Shown: piece by piece, positions 1 to 12,707 of the stretch | Layout of the letters: the number at the start of each line of letters is the position of its first letter | Numbering within the stretch: position 1 is the first letter of the stretch | Assembly: GCA_905331295.1 (NCBI GenBank) | Contig: CAJNYD010000048.1 | Location: 62,001-126,000, forward strand | Source: Rotaria socialis | Taxonomy: Eukaryota | Length of the DNA stretch: 64,000 bases | Direction of reading: 5' to 3' | The notes under the pieces: model-generated | What the model was told of the DNA's origin: nothing | The model's database searches: none | What the model saw: only the letters and a program-made list of their open reading frames with translations | Translations under genes and position numbers: made by a program

Positions 1-1119
1 TCTTAGAAACGAGTAAATAGTGCTCTTTTTCTACAAATTTTAACTTGCAGCGCAAACAAAATTTAATTTCAGTGTTGTGACTATGAAAAAACGATCCCAT
101 CAAAGAACATAAGAAAGTGTTTACCAGTTTTGAGAAACCTTGATTGCAATTGTACTTCAGCTGGAATGACTTTTAATTCAAAAATAGTATTTCTGCTATT
201 TTTTCCACAAAAATGTCACCAATAACAAAAATACTGTGCATGATGATTTTTTTTGTTAAATAAGGAATAGGATAAAAGTTTCCCATTCATTTTGCTGTTG
301 ATACGTAGCAGTGTAATGGAATTTACTACACATTTCATCATGGGTGGGTGTGGGGTGCGGTTGAGTTAAAAATCCAGTCACATCCACGCCCAAACATATA
401 TTGTTGTTGTATAGAATTCAACAAGACAGTAAAACACAGTTGGGGACCAGTCGCTGAAATTAATCTTAGCAAAAGAAACGCATCATTTGTTGAATTCTTA
501 AATCATTTAGTACTCGTTTTCACACTTCTAAAATCCATCTTTTTCCTAGGATATTTTCAACGTTCGTCTCATTGTATCAATGCAATATAGCGATTTTCGT
601 CAAATAAGAACTTTGAAAGAACTCTACTAGGGCAAGAGAATACAGTACAGTTCTTGGCCTGTGGAGTCAGATCATTTACAGCACCCTCTTTTTCGATGAC
701 TTCACGAGAGAAAAAACAAATAATCTTCTTTCTTTTCATTCATCTTGATTTCATTATTATTGCACAGTACGAGTAAAATGCGATCTTGTAAGTACATAAC
801 AGATTTCCTTGAATTACGTTTACGACATTTGATTATCTATCTGTAGAATAATGAGAATTTCAATTTTGGTACTTTTCATTCAGAAATGTTTGTTTCATAT
901 AAATACAAAAAAAAATGAAAAAAAAAACAATTCGCAAACATAATTCATAACACTGCTAGACAAAACAATCCATACATGAACAAAATGTCTTTCAATCACA
1001 GAATATCCAATGCACAAAAAGAAAAGGATGCGAATTTATATCTATCTGAAACTTTGCAATACAAAAGAAAAGAAAACTCATCAAGTATTTTTCATAGGGA
1101 AAAATATCTGAAAGTACAT

Positions 1120-1590
1120 TTACAACGTTTTTAAACCGGATTCAATTTCTTTCAATGCTGAAAGAAGAATTTCTCGTTTATGAGATATCGATGATGATTG
1201 CAAATCATTATTACTGGGTGGTCCGAAATAGGGTCGAACAAATTGTACTTCATCGTGCATAACAAACATTGGCCTTGAACTAGTAGTAGAGTTTTTTGGC
1301 GGCGAAAGATTATCTTTTTGCAATATAAATGATGATAAAGGCACTGTTGTTCGACCGCGACCTTTACTAATACTTTGACAATGATCCTTTACTATTGCAT
1401 TACCATGGCCACGTCCCACTGGAGTCACTTGAGTATCTGATGATGAAGATGATGGTACATAAGTTCGATTAGAAAATTGAAAACAAGCTGCTGGCAATGT
1501 TCGTTTAACAATTGCAGGTGAAGGTTGCTGGTTTAGTTGAGAAATATGTTTGGCTCGTTGAGAAAAATATCTTGAATCAGATTGTTCCAT
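1120..1590 (-). CDS. Hypothetical Ser/Pro-rich protein (156 aa), no recognisable domain
   Basis: Open 156-codon ATG ORF with coding-like composition against an AT-rich background. An acceptor-like AG near 1621 lies just upstream. Confidence 0.55.
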   Translation of the reverse strand: MEQSDSRYFSQRAKHISQLNQQPSPAIVKRTLPAACFQFSNRTYVPSSSSSDTQVTPVGRGHGNAIVKDHCQSISKGRGRTTVPLSSFILQKDNLSPPKNSTTSSRPMFVMHDEVQFVRPYFGPPSNNDLQSSSISHKREILLSALKEIESGLKTL

Positions 1591-1845
1591 GATTGCTGAT
1601 GATCAGTGGGATGCATTCATCTAAAAGAATTGAATTTCTTTTTTTTTATCACCTAATAAATATATACATTTAATGAAGAGATCATTTCAATATCTTTTAG
1701 ATGTGCATAGGCTGAGAAAAAACGAGTCATTATCACAAACACACATTTCATGTCAAACAACGTTTTAAACAAAATAAAAACAAACAAACAAAAGAACCTT
1801 GAGCAAAATTAAATAAAGAAAAATAAATAAAAACAAAATGTTAAT

Positions 1846-4048
1846 TTATGTTGAAAAAAAAAATGTTGCATATCTATTGTGTAGTTGTGTCTGGTCATCG
1901 TACCATTTACACCAATAAGTAGATTTCGAATAATATTCTGAGAATTTTTCTTCAACATTCTTTTGCATTTCAATATAATCTTGATAATATTGTGGCTTTC
2001 TTATATGTTCTAATTTGAGACTAATTAAATGAGACATCGATTTAAGAAGATCATCAAGAAATGGTAATTTAGTTCGGTAAACTTGCATTTTATATGTTGC
2101 AAATATGAGAGCAAAGATTTTTATATGGGAAAAATAGGAAAAAAAATAATCAGTTATACGTTCATCAAATTGTCGGACAGTTACACGATGAAGTCGAGAA
2201 AATGCTGTTAACATACACGATTGAGTTTGTTTACTAACCATTGAAACAATTTGCATTAAATAGAAATGATCAATTTCAAGTTCAATTAGATTTGATGTAA
2301 GAAGAAATAGGGGCTGAGGAACATGACAACCATGTTTAACACTATCACGAATTATAAGTTTTTTGATCGTACCTGAAAGAAAGACAAATTTTTCTTTTTC
2401 TTTGAAAAAAATTCCGTAAACCTACTAAGCTCAATTTCATATTGATGTAATTCATTTTCTTGTGGTATAAGACTGAAATGAGGAACTTGATAATCAGTTG
2501 CACATACTTTTGTAAATTTTTCTTTTATCAATTGTAATAATGACCGATCATAAATATTCATATGTAACGTCAAATGTTCGATATTACTCCAATAATTTTC
2601 ATTTGAATTATTTTTTTCATTTTTAATATATTGAATTTGACTAAAAATGTTTTCGTCAAAAATTTCAAAATGATTAAATTCAAATGGCAAAGAAAATATT
2701 TGCCCGATATCTTTTGATACAACACATGCTATATTATGACATAATTTTCGATTGATTAAATATTTTGTATCCGTAAAATATGGTCTTAACTTATTAAAAC
2801 TATCTGAAGTCATTAGACGAATATAGAAATGAAATCTTTGTAAATCATGAAGGCAATCGAAAAAATCCCAACAAAATCCTTCAGATGAATGAAATGGCCA
2901 TTGATAATCTTGTGTATAGATAAATAGATGTTCAATATGTAGGTTTATTTCAATAATTAAACGTCGTAAATAAATCGGTGACATAAGTCCTTCATATTTG
3001 AAATGTTTTAAAGCAGGAAGTGGCTCGAGTAGTGTTAAATCATTGGATATATCACGACCACGATGATCAACATAAGCATTGCATTCGATTAGATTTGGTA
3101 GATAGTAAAGAAGAGGAAGTAGATCTTTAAAAAGAAACAATGATGAATAAATAGAGAGTTTTAACGGGAGATGCTTACCGTGATCAAATTTTAAATGAAT
3201 AGTTAGATGAGTAATTGAATAACAACCTGTCATTAGATGTTGAGCAAAGACATATGGAACTTTACCTACAAGAAATAAATAATTCATATTTCGTTTCTTG
3301 TTGAAAAAGATATTCTCCTTGGGTAGTGGAAGTACGAGACTTTTCTAACTGTGTTGATCTCTTGTAGACAATGTATCCCAAGGAAATATTTTTATAGACT
3401 AGTTTTTATAACTTGTAATATAGAAACAATTCTATAGATGTGATTTGACACACAATACGAGACTATCAAATGAAACGAAATCCTTTTTTTTTGTTGTTTC
3501 AAGTAATTTTTCATTTCTGTTGTCTTACCTATAATTTTTAATTCTCTAACGGGAATATTTTGTACACAAAAGGACATTTGTTCATTCCATCCCTTAGTTT
3601 CTTCGTCGATAATTAAATTTATTTTATCAAACCATTGCAAACGATTATAATTAAGGAATTTTTGAAGTATATCATTAGCTAAATTTGGATCGATCAAACG
3701 CATCGTAAGTGAATCAAGACGCATCAATTGATATTGATTAAAATAGTCAATTTGCCCAAAATAATAATTACTACCGAGCTGAAATGATGTTATAGTTGAT
3801 TTTAGATTCGGTAAAATATCATGACAAAAAATTTTATACGTTAAATAATTTGTGTCTTGTAAATTAAATTGTGTTAAACGATAACCCAATTGTAAATAAT
3901 AGCAAATAGTCAAACGTATACGTTTATTTAAATTAAAAAATGCAATTAAAACTTCAATCGAAGTTAAATAATCAAATATTGATATTAATAACTCTGAACT
4001 TAGATCTTCGAGACATGTTTTAATTAATAATATTTTATTTTCACTCAT
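1846..4048 (-). CDS. F-box-like domain protein with LRR-like repeats, 3 exons (4048-3529, 3265-~2426, ~2372-1846)
   Basis: N-terminal F-box motif LEDLSSELLISIFDYL. GT-AG introns join the three ORFs in frame (IIG/KVP and ELS/TIKKL). Confidence 0.8.
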
Positions 4049-5521
4049 ATTTAGTTAATTTAATTTCTAGCAATAAAATGACTATCTAGCAATAGAATTT
4101 CATAGATTGAGGATAGGAACGTGCAAAATTTTTTCTATTGAGATGTCATTAGTGTATGGTATCGATTCTAATTGTAAGCGAGAACAAAACCAGGTCAACA
4201 AACATAAGTATAATACATAATGCGAAGAAGGAAAAACGAATGTCAAGTATGTGCTTTTATGTCGTTGTAAATCCATTACAATGTTCGAAATTCTAATATT
4301 TGAACAAGTAGAATGTTTACTACATAAAAAAAGTATTCATTTTCGGTGGTTTCGTTTTTTTCGGTTGTAAATTACAAAATTTTCTTCACCATAAATTAAC
4401 TGTAGAATAAGAATTGGGTCAATTTACGTCACTCTGGTGAATCACCGGATGAATCACTTTGCGACATTTTTGATTTTTTTTGATGAAGTTTCAGTAAAAG
4501 AAAATTAAAATAAATATTAATATTCAAGGTTATCTTTCTAAGAAACATCGTGTCAATATTATTGTAATTCATTTCTTTTTTACTAGCCGATAAAGTCTTA
4601 CAATGACAATGCAAATAATTCTGTCAAAAGAATACTGCCTGATAAAGGATAAAATGCGCATTATGTTGTGATTTCAGATAAGATATATACGAATAAAATC
4701 GGTCACAAATTATTTTTACTATTCAATCAAATATTGTTCTCAAGGAAAAGACAAAAATAGTACTTATTACGATTGCATTGCTTCTATATGAAATAGTGAA
4801 ATATTTGATTTGCCTGGTGATTTTATTTTTTAATTAAATATTTTTGTTTTTCTGGATTTTATTCTAAAATAATGGGAGCCCATCCATATGAAAAACATTA
4901 AATTGATTGCCATCCAGCTGTTTTTTGTTTTCGATGCAAAGAACGATGCAATGTCTATTGAAATATACATCAAGTATGCTCTTCAAAAAGAATAATAGTT
5001 ACATATATAATGTACATTTTAAATAAAGCTTATTATTCATAGATATATTTGTCTTATTTTATTTTCATTAAATATAGAATATAATTATGAAATCTTTTTA
5101 TCATCAAGTTCTTTGCTCAGTGCAGACATTGCTATTGAGAAAACAATGCCACTGATTAGAGGACATCCGTAAGCCACACACGGCTTTTACTTATCAATCA
5201 CATCTATCTTATCAGATCATAATATGAAAACATGCATTGTTCATATACGACAGTCCGTCCCATCAACACATCTATTTTGTGATTCAGTTCTATGATGAAG
5301 GACAATTTTCTTTTTCTTCTTTCATTCTGTTTGGTTGTTACTCTCTCTCTCTCTCTCTCGGTCTCTCGTATGTTATACAACAAAATAACATTTTTACGTC
5401 GTCATTTTCTATTTCATCATCTTTTTTCCTTTCTATTTTTTCTATTTTCCTCAAACAAAAAAAAAACCTTCATTGATCATTTACTCAGTGCATGTTCTTT
5501 TCGTTATCCCTTTTGCGCATA

Positions 5522-5570
5522 CCTCCGCCAGTAGGGGTGTGTTTGGTTCTGTTCTGTCGAAGAGTGGGGC
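5522..5570 (+). promoter_or_regulatory. Cluster of GC/CACCC-box-like motifs upstream of the KLF gene
   Basis: CTCCGCC, GGGGTGTG and GAGTGGGGC occur within 50 bp, about 200-250 bp upstream of ATG 5775, in otherwise AT-rich DNA. Confidence 0.35.
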
Positions 5571-5774
5571 ATGGTCCAACGCATGTTTCTTCCTTTCTTT
5601 CATGCGCTTATAGTGCGTGATTACGGACTGATAGCATATATGATCATGCATTCAATGTATGCGTTGCTTGAGTTTCTTTCTCTCCCATTGCTTCCTATAT
5701 TCAGAGTTCAGACGCACTTACAGTTAGCTATACTGGTATAAAAACATAAGTATAACATATATAAAACACGATTC

Positions 5775-7178
5775 ATGATTGAAATTTCGCCGGTCATCTC
5801 ATCGCTACATATAAATCCTGTTGAGAAAGCTTCATTGTCTGAAACAAAACCTATAATACTTTCGCAAGAAAACAGTTTGAAAGGGATGAATCATATCGAT
5901 AAGACCATTCAAGCAATGGATACGGTAAGCGGAGTATTCTTCAACCTTCGACTTTTATTTAGTTTTTAAATTTAAATATAGGTTCCTAACGTGAGCGTTC
6001 AAGATGCAGAGTTATTATTATCTTTTAGTTCGAATGCTCAAAAGCCTAGAAAGCTACATCCTAAATTTCGACCGGTAATTACAAAAAAATAACAACATTG
6101 TTGTTCTTTTTTTCTTACTGAAATTGCGTTTTTATTTTCAGTATCTCGGTGAAACAACAAATACTCCGCTTTCATCATTTAACAATTTGACATTATCTAG
6201 TAATATAGAAACTATATCTCGATCTGGTTCACTATGTTCGACATCGGACGAATCATCATCTGATATTTCCTCAATAGCATGTACATCACCGTGTCCATCA
6301 TCAAATGATGAATGCCAATCGTCTTCACTATCTTCAAATGCAAACACGAGATTTTCTCCATCATTAACAGATGCGCATAATCCAGAATACCATATTCTTT
6401 ATCTTAATTGCAATGGTACATTTTTCCCCATTGCTCAAACATCATTTGTTGTTCAAACAACACAACCATCAACAAATTTATCAGTATTAAAGACAACAAC
6501 CAATACAAATCTACTACAGATTGAACGAAAGAAAAATTATATTTGTTCGCATGCTGGATGCAATAAATCATATTTTAAATCGTCTCATCTCAAAGCACAT
6601 ACGCGTTTACATACAGGTAAATGCGAACTTTCTATTATTCTATTATTAGTATCTATAGAGAAAAAATAGCTGTCTATTTCTGCGTTTCTCTTTCCTTATT
6701 TTTACGGAAAGCAACTAGGCCAACATATTGAAGTAGCTATGTTAACCATTATCCGCATAATCTTGAGAATATAGACAATACTGGGTTACTATGCTATTAC
6801 TTTTACATGACGTCAAAAGAAAAAGGAAGATAGCTGTACCTATTTGTTTTTTCTTCTCCTACTACAACGCAGTGCACTCTGCAACACATAAACAAGAAAG
6901 AGAAAGAGTACGAAAGAGAACAACGCATATTACTAAGAATAGACTTCATTGATCTTTTTTTAACGTATCATTTTTTTTATCTAGGTGAAAAACCATTCTT
7001 ATGTTTGTGGGCGAACTGCGACAAAACCTTTGCACGATCCGATGAATTAAGTCGACATCGCAGACGACACACTGGAGAGAAAAAGCATGTTTGTTCTGTT
7101 TGTCGAAAAGCGTTCATCAGAAGTGATCATTTGGCTAAACATCAAAAGCGTCATAAAAAATTAACAAAATTATCTTGA
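5775..7178 (+). CDS. Kruppel-like factor of the KLF9/10/11/13 (cabut-like) group, 4 exons
   Basis: Three C2H2 fingers: [27 protein letters not shown] / [30 protein letters not shown] / [26 protein letters not shown]. Exon 2 (~5982-6074) has a SID-like DAELLLSF. Stop TGA at 7176-7178. Confidence 0.92.
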
Positions 7179-7776
7179 TAGAAAAGAACATCATTTATGA
7201 AATTTGTACGTTTAATTTACAACTCGGGAACGTTGTCTATTTCTACATTACTGACTAGTCAAAAAAAAATTTACTACGTGGGCCCATATGCTATGTATTG
7301 TATGGATTAGGAAAAGGAAATTGTTGTTTTTCTTTTCTGACATACGTTTATCATTGTATCTATGTGATCTTGCACATATTGTTTATTTTTCTTTTCATGA
7401 AAATACTTTTTTTTTATTGCATATATAAAGTCACAGATCAGCATTAGACCGATGTTATAATTCTTAATTGTAAATCATTTTCACGTTTGGAAAGTCGTCT
7501 TGTGTCTAGTTTGAAAGTTGATGATATTTCGGAAGAAATTTATGATCATGTCATTAAGTTAAAGCACATCCGTGATTGAAGATAAATATACTTCTACAAG
7601 GGCGAATGAAGGGGGACAAGGTTGTTTATGACGACGTATCGTATCATCATATCATTTTTCAGTTGAACCATTGATAACATTTTAATTGTGGAGAAAGAAA
7701 AATTTGTTAAAAATAAATATCAATAACAAGAATTTTTATTGTAATTAAATTATAACATGTAGAAGAACAAGCTTAG

Positions 7777-8826
7777 TTAGATTAATGGAGGTACATCAAG
7801 ATCATCGATAAAATCTGCTGAATTTTCTCGCTCTTTTTGTGATTTTTTTTTATTTTGATTTACAATTTGAGTGTAATCAACGGTTGCCGATGGATCTTTA
7901 CCAAGTTCGAGATAAGTTGATTGTGTAGAACTAAAATTTAAAAAATTAATTGAATAGAAAATGAAATCTTTGTTTTCATACGGTTTATTATTCTCAATTC
8001 GAGCTTTTGTTTCCATTTTAATATTTGATTGTTTTAATTTAGGTATTTTAATGACTAAATGTCCTGATATTTTCGATCGCTCAGCTACTGATTGTATTGT
8101 ATTGACTTCTTCGGGCAAGACTAATTGTAGAATCTATAGATCGAGAAGAGTAATGTCTATAGCTATGTAATAATTCGTCAAATCCTACTTTCCCTTTAAT
8201 TGTAACTCGAACATAAAGCGGTTGAACATCAACATCGACAAGCGATGTATCCACATGACGAAAAACAGCAACATCAAGAATAACATGTCGATCATCATCA
8301 CTTTCAAGCATTTTAAAATCGACTCTAAATAATAATAAAAAAAAAAATTTTACAATTTCTTACAAGTGAAAATTCAAAAAGATTTACTTAGGTTCATTAC
8401 AGTTCAGTGGATAACCATCATTCCCAATATATTGCCGTACAGGTTTTGGCTCGGACTTTTCTCTACAGAAATGAAAACATTTATAAAAAATGATTTTGAC
8501 TTTTTAGTTTTAAATTCGAACTCTTTTGATTCATGTTCGCGTTTCTTTTGCGTAATTTTATGCGTTTCAATACCTGATTCTGGTGTGTATTCAGATTTGC
8601 GATTCCAATAGCTAAAAAATTAACAAAAATAAAGCAACATTAATTTTTCTCATAGGTCCTACTTTTCATCAGCTTCACGTTCTGATTTCGTTCGTTCGAA
8701 TTCATTTTTTGATTTTTCTAAAAAGCGAAATTCATGTGAACTAAAACAATAATTCATGAATGTTACTCGTTTTTCCGCACATTGCCTGTCTAATTCATTG
8801 ATTCGCTTGGAAATCTTGCCATATTT
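7777..8826 (-). CDS. DNAAF11: DNAAF11/LRRC6 (tilB homologue), 3' half only
   Basis: Spliced exons encode [81 protein letters not shown] and C-terminal DDLDVPPLI, all matching the LRRC6 CS-like domain and tail. I found no LRR-coding exons upstream. Confidence 0.88.
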
Positions 8827-8914
8827 CTAAAATAGATGTGTAAATAAATGATAATCAAGTCAATCTTTCTAAATAACGCAATGTTGAATTATGATAGGTA
8901 TGTGTTTGTACGTC

Positions 8915-10337
8915 AAAGAGTCAATACCTTTAGAATATCGTGAGAATCGTCTCAGCCACTTTGAATAGTTAGCGTGCCGGTGTATTCATCAATCCACACT
9001 CATCTTATCGCCAAAAGCTCGCTCAAGTCATGCGGACTCGCCTCACGCATCGCAATGTTCTTCAGCAGCGTGTTGAAATGGGTACAATCTCCACTCGTTC
9101 TCGTCGGAATAACATGATCGAAAATGTGGATTTTGACTTTCTTGAATTATCTTTCGATGACTTATGCCTTCTTTTTCTTGGTACCTGCAAACATCAAATT
9201 AGCGCGTATCTACGTAGAAGAACATTTGGATCAAGAAGCAAGAAGGTGATTATACTGTCGAACTAGATGCTAATATCGACAACATTTTGCGTTGCACAAT
9301 TCAAAGCCATCACTCAAATGCAGTCAAGTACAAAAGTTGGATTCAGTACTCATTATCTGGAGATCCTATTATTCCTTGGTATTGCACATGTCCTGGCGTA
9401 GCTGTAACTATTGGAGCTGGTTCGAACATTGTTTCTATTGTATGGTACCTAGGTTACGCTCGTCATCATCATTTCGAACCATTTAAGGGTCGACGTAAAA
9501 TTCAACAAGCAATAATGGAAAGAATTGTTGTTGATGAAGACGGCGAGATGGATGATAAAATTCAACAAGAAGAAGATGATGACGACTGACATTGAAGACT
9601 ACTCGTTTTCTTTCAGTTCCGTCAAGAAATATAATACTATACATATTGTCAATTGATTCTCTATAGAATATTAAGGAACAAAGTATGTTTGATAACGTCT
9701 AGAAAGAAAGAAATTTTCTCTGTGAAAGAATCTATTCATTTGAAATTCGAATGCAGAATTGAAATCTAGAATACGATGAGGTTGTAAACAAAAATGATGA
9801 AAATTGATTTTTTTTGCCTTAAAATGGTGTGTATTTCATGATTTTTTGAAGAAATGAGACTGTAGACGAGAATATTTTTTTCTCAAACGTGCGTAGAGTT
9901 GTAGAGCTTGAAACGGCGCGGTTTTCTATCAGAAATTTATTTGGCACTAATTCTATTTTCAGCGGCAAAATCTTCGATAATAGTAAAATATACGCGTAAC
10001 ATGAGCATTACACTAAATATTGTTGCTCTTGTATATTCTAGAAAGAGTCTACTTTAAATCATAAAAATTACTTCATTTTGTAGAGAATTAAAAGCTCTAT
10101 CAACCTAGGCTATTAATTTGGATATATCATTTACAGAACACAAAAAGGTACTAGCATGAAAAAGAAACGAGTGCACGAAAATTGTTGTATTCATCGATCA
10201 TAAAATGAACTCAAATTTTTTTTTCACATTGATTCAAAACGATAAGACCCACATAGAAAGATGCAAAATTTCAAGCGCTATCGTTCCAGATTATTGAAAT
10301 TAGAAAGTAAGGGGGTGGCAGATTTGCGGTCTTATCC
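8915..10337 (+). mobile_element. Degraded 3' fragment of a PIF/Harbinger-ISL2EU-related (DDE_Tnp_4 plus SWIM-type) DNA transposon
   Basis: Frameshifted ORFs with IQSHHSNAVKYKSWIQY..WYCTCPGV..TIGAGSNIVSIVWYLGYARH, a decayed SWIM CxC..CxH motif typical of this transposase C-terminus. A terminus-like GGGGGTGGCAGATTTGCGGTCTTATCC ends at ~10337. Confidence 0.6.
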
Positions 10338-12707
10338 GTCGGTGTCCTTTTCAAAATTAGTAGATAAGAATAGTTTTTGACTTGATTGCTATTATTTAAC
10401 GTCAAATTTGAGTATGTTTCCTATTTTCTAAAGCTAAAGTTAGTCATTCTTCTAGGAATTGTTCTATTAGGTATATTTTTATGAGTATCCCGGTATTTTA
10501 AAGAAGAAATATGACTGATCTTGCATAATTTGTAGAGAAATTTAGACTATTATGAACAAATATTAACCTAAAATGCTAGGTTCTCCTCTCATTTAGTATT
10601 TGCTACTGTCAAAGTCACGTCTTTTTCTCATAGCAATGATGTGTACCCATCCAAACAATTTATTAAGTTTAAAATTTTAATTTAAATGATTTTTTTAGTC
10701 CAAAAATTTGATTTTAATTAAAATTTTTTCATGAGAAAAATTTTAATTTATTTTAAATTTAAAATTAAATTAACTGTTCACGAATTTTAATTTTAATTAA
10801 ATAAACTATAAATTGGCATCCCTAGTTAAGGGAACCATATTATTAGTAACCCAACATACATTCACACCCTTTTAACCTTAATATATACCTTCATTTGTAT
10901 CTATCTTATAACGTACCATTCTGATCATATCAAATTGTATTCAAATCGACAACAGTTCATGAAGATAAAGATTATATAAGGTTACTTCAACAGTATTCAA
11001 ATAGTTTCGGATTGAAATAACAAAATTAGTAATAGCTGGAATAATTCTTGATCGCACAAATTATAATAGTTATTGTGAGTAATTTTAGTTGACTAAATAC
11101 ATTTTAAACTAAACAATGTGAAAGATGAAAAACGTAAATTCAAGCGTACAAATATTCTTTTTATGGGTTAAAACACTGTGTTTATTTTATTCTCCAAAAC
11201 AATGTTGAAAATATGTAAAAATTTAGAAACCTCTCGTCGTATCAAGAAAAACCTCTGGGTCGGATTCTGGTTCGTTGTTGTAGGTTTTCAAGATTGAACA
11301 TACCCGGAAACTCTTAGGTTCACCTGGGAATCATTTAGCAAACTGAAAAGGTATTTTTCGCAGATCTCATAATATTTTGACTAAACCCAGGTCGATCAAC
11401 CTGAGCCGTAAACGTCCGTATACCTATCATTCACGGTGAAAAACGGCGACCGTAGTTTTTAGTCGTTTACTGCTACCGTAAACGAAGTTATACGATGAAA
11501 TACGATCGTCGTAAACGAGGACCATGAAAAATCTCCGTAAACGGTCATCGTAATTAAACCATGAGATGCTTAATTCGAATTCGAATATAAATGAAGCTTC
11601 AATTACACAAATTCGATTCGAAAATAAAAAATCCGCCACCCATATAGTTAAGGGGAAAAGAAAAAGTTTAAAATTTATCCTAAAATATAAATTTTATAAT
11701 TCGAAGTGAGGCACCACTGTTTGGCGTTTCAGAAACGGCAAAGGTTAAAATATGCTTGATCTAGTCCTAAGCCAGGTAGAAACGTATCGCTTAGTAAAAC
11801 TTTGAATATTCAACAACAACAATCCTGACAGTCGTCTAACAGAATATGGAAACTGTTTAGTAATGACTAACTGCTACATGTTGTTAACATCCACACGTCG
11901 GCTTCCATCACGTTGGAGACACCTAGTGCTACGAATTCTGTCGCGTTACACACACTTAGGCCTACGACTTTTGTCACGTCACGCCGACCTTTATTTAAGT
12001 GTCGCGGTGTGGGGGCGCGCAGCGTCCCCCGCAGAGCCGCGACCAAAGAACGTCTCTGTGTACACAATTTTCCATACATGTCGAACTTGAAATTTGAATT
12101 CCACTGAAACTTCCCATGTCGTGAAAATCGCTCAAAAATCAACGATTTTATCACGATTTGTTAGGTCGATTAATCGTGAGAGGTTATCGGGATATCATCG
12201 CTGGAGTAGGTGATTTTTCCCGATTTTTTTGTGATTTTATACAAAATCGCGATTAATTAATAATGATTTAATCAATATAGATTGGTCCAGATTCGTCACT
12301 ACAGATCTCTCGAAAAGCTTTTCTCTGTTATTACTAGTTGTTTATGTAAAGTACATTCGTTCAATTTATTATAATTATTTTCAAAAAATAAAACCAATAT
12401 ACATTTTGCACATATAAAATACAATATTTCGAAAAACTTCACAAAAACAATAAACATTTGAATTTACAAAAAAAAGTTATATAAATCTTAACATGATCGT
12501 TTTTTTTAATTAATATTACTGATAATCAGTACTATCATTTGACTTTTATACAATTTCAATTTCAATTTACAATTGACATTGATACTTGTTCACGTACAAC
12601 AATTTATTGCTCACCATCATTAGATTTGAGCAGTTGCGATGTTGATACAATTGGATTTGATAAATCTAATAAATACAAAAGTTTGTTGATATATATATAT
12701 ATAATAA

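Noticed and set aside
348..590. 80-aa ORF preceded by a WVWGAVE transposase-like word
   Set aside because: It has no ATG start and no further supporting motifs, so it cannot be assigned.
10660..10825. AT-rich stretch ending in AATTGGCATCCCTA (hAT-like MITE end)
   Set aside because: No matching left TIR or TSD could be found.
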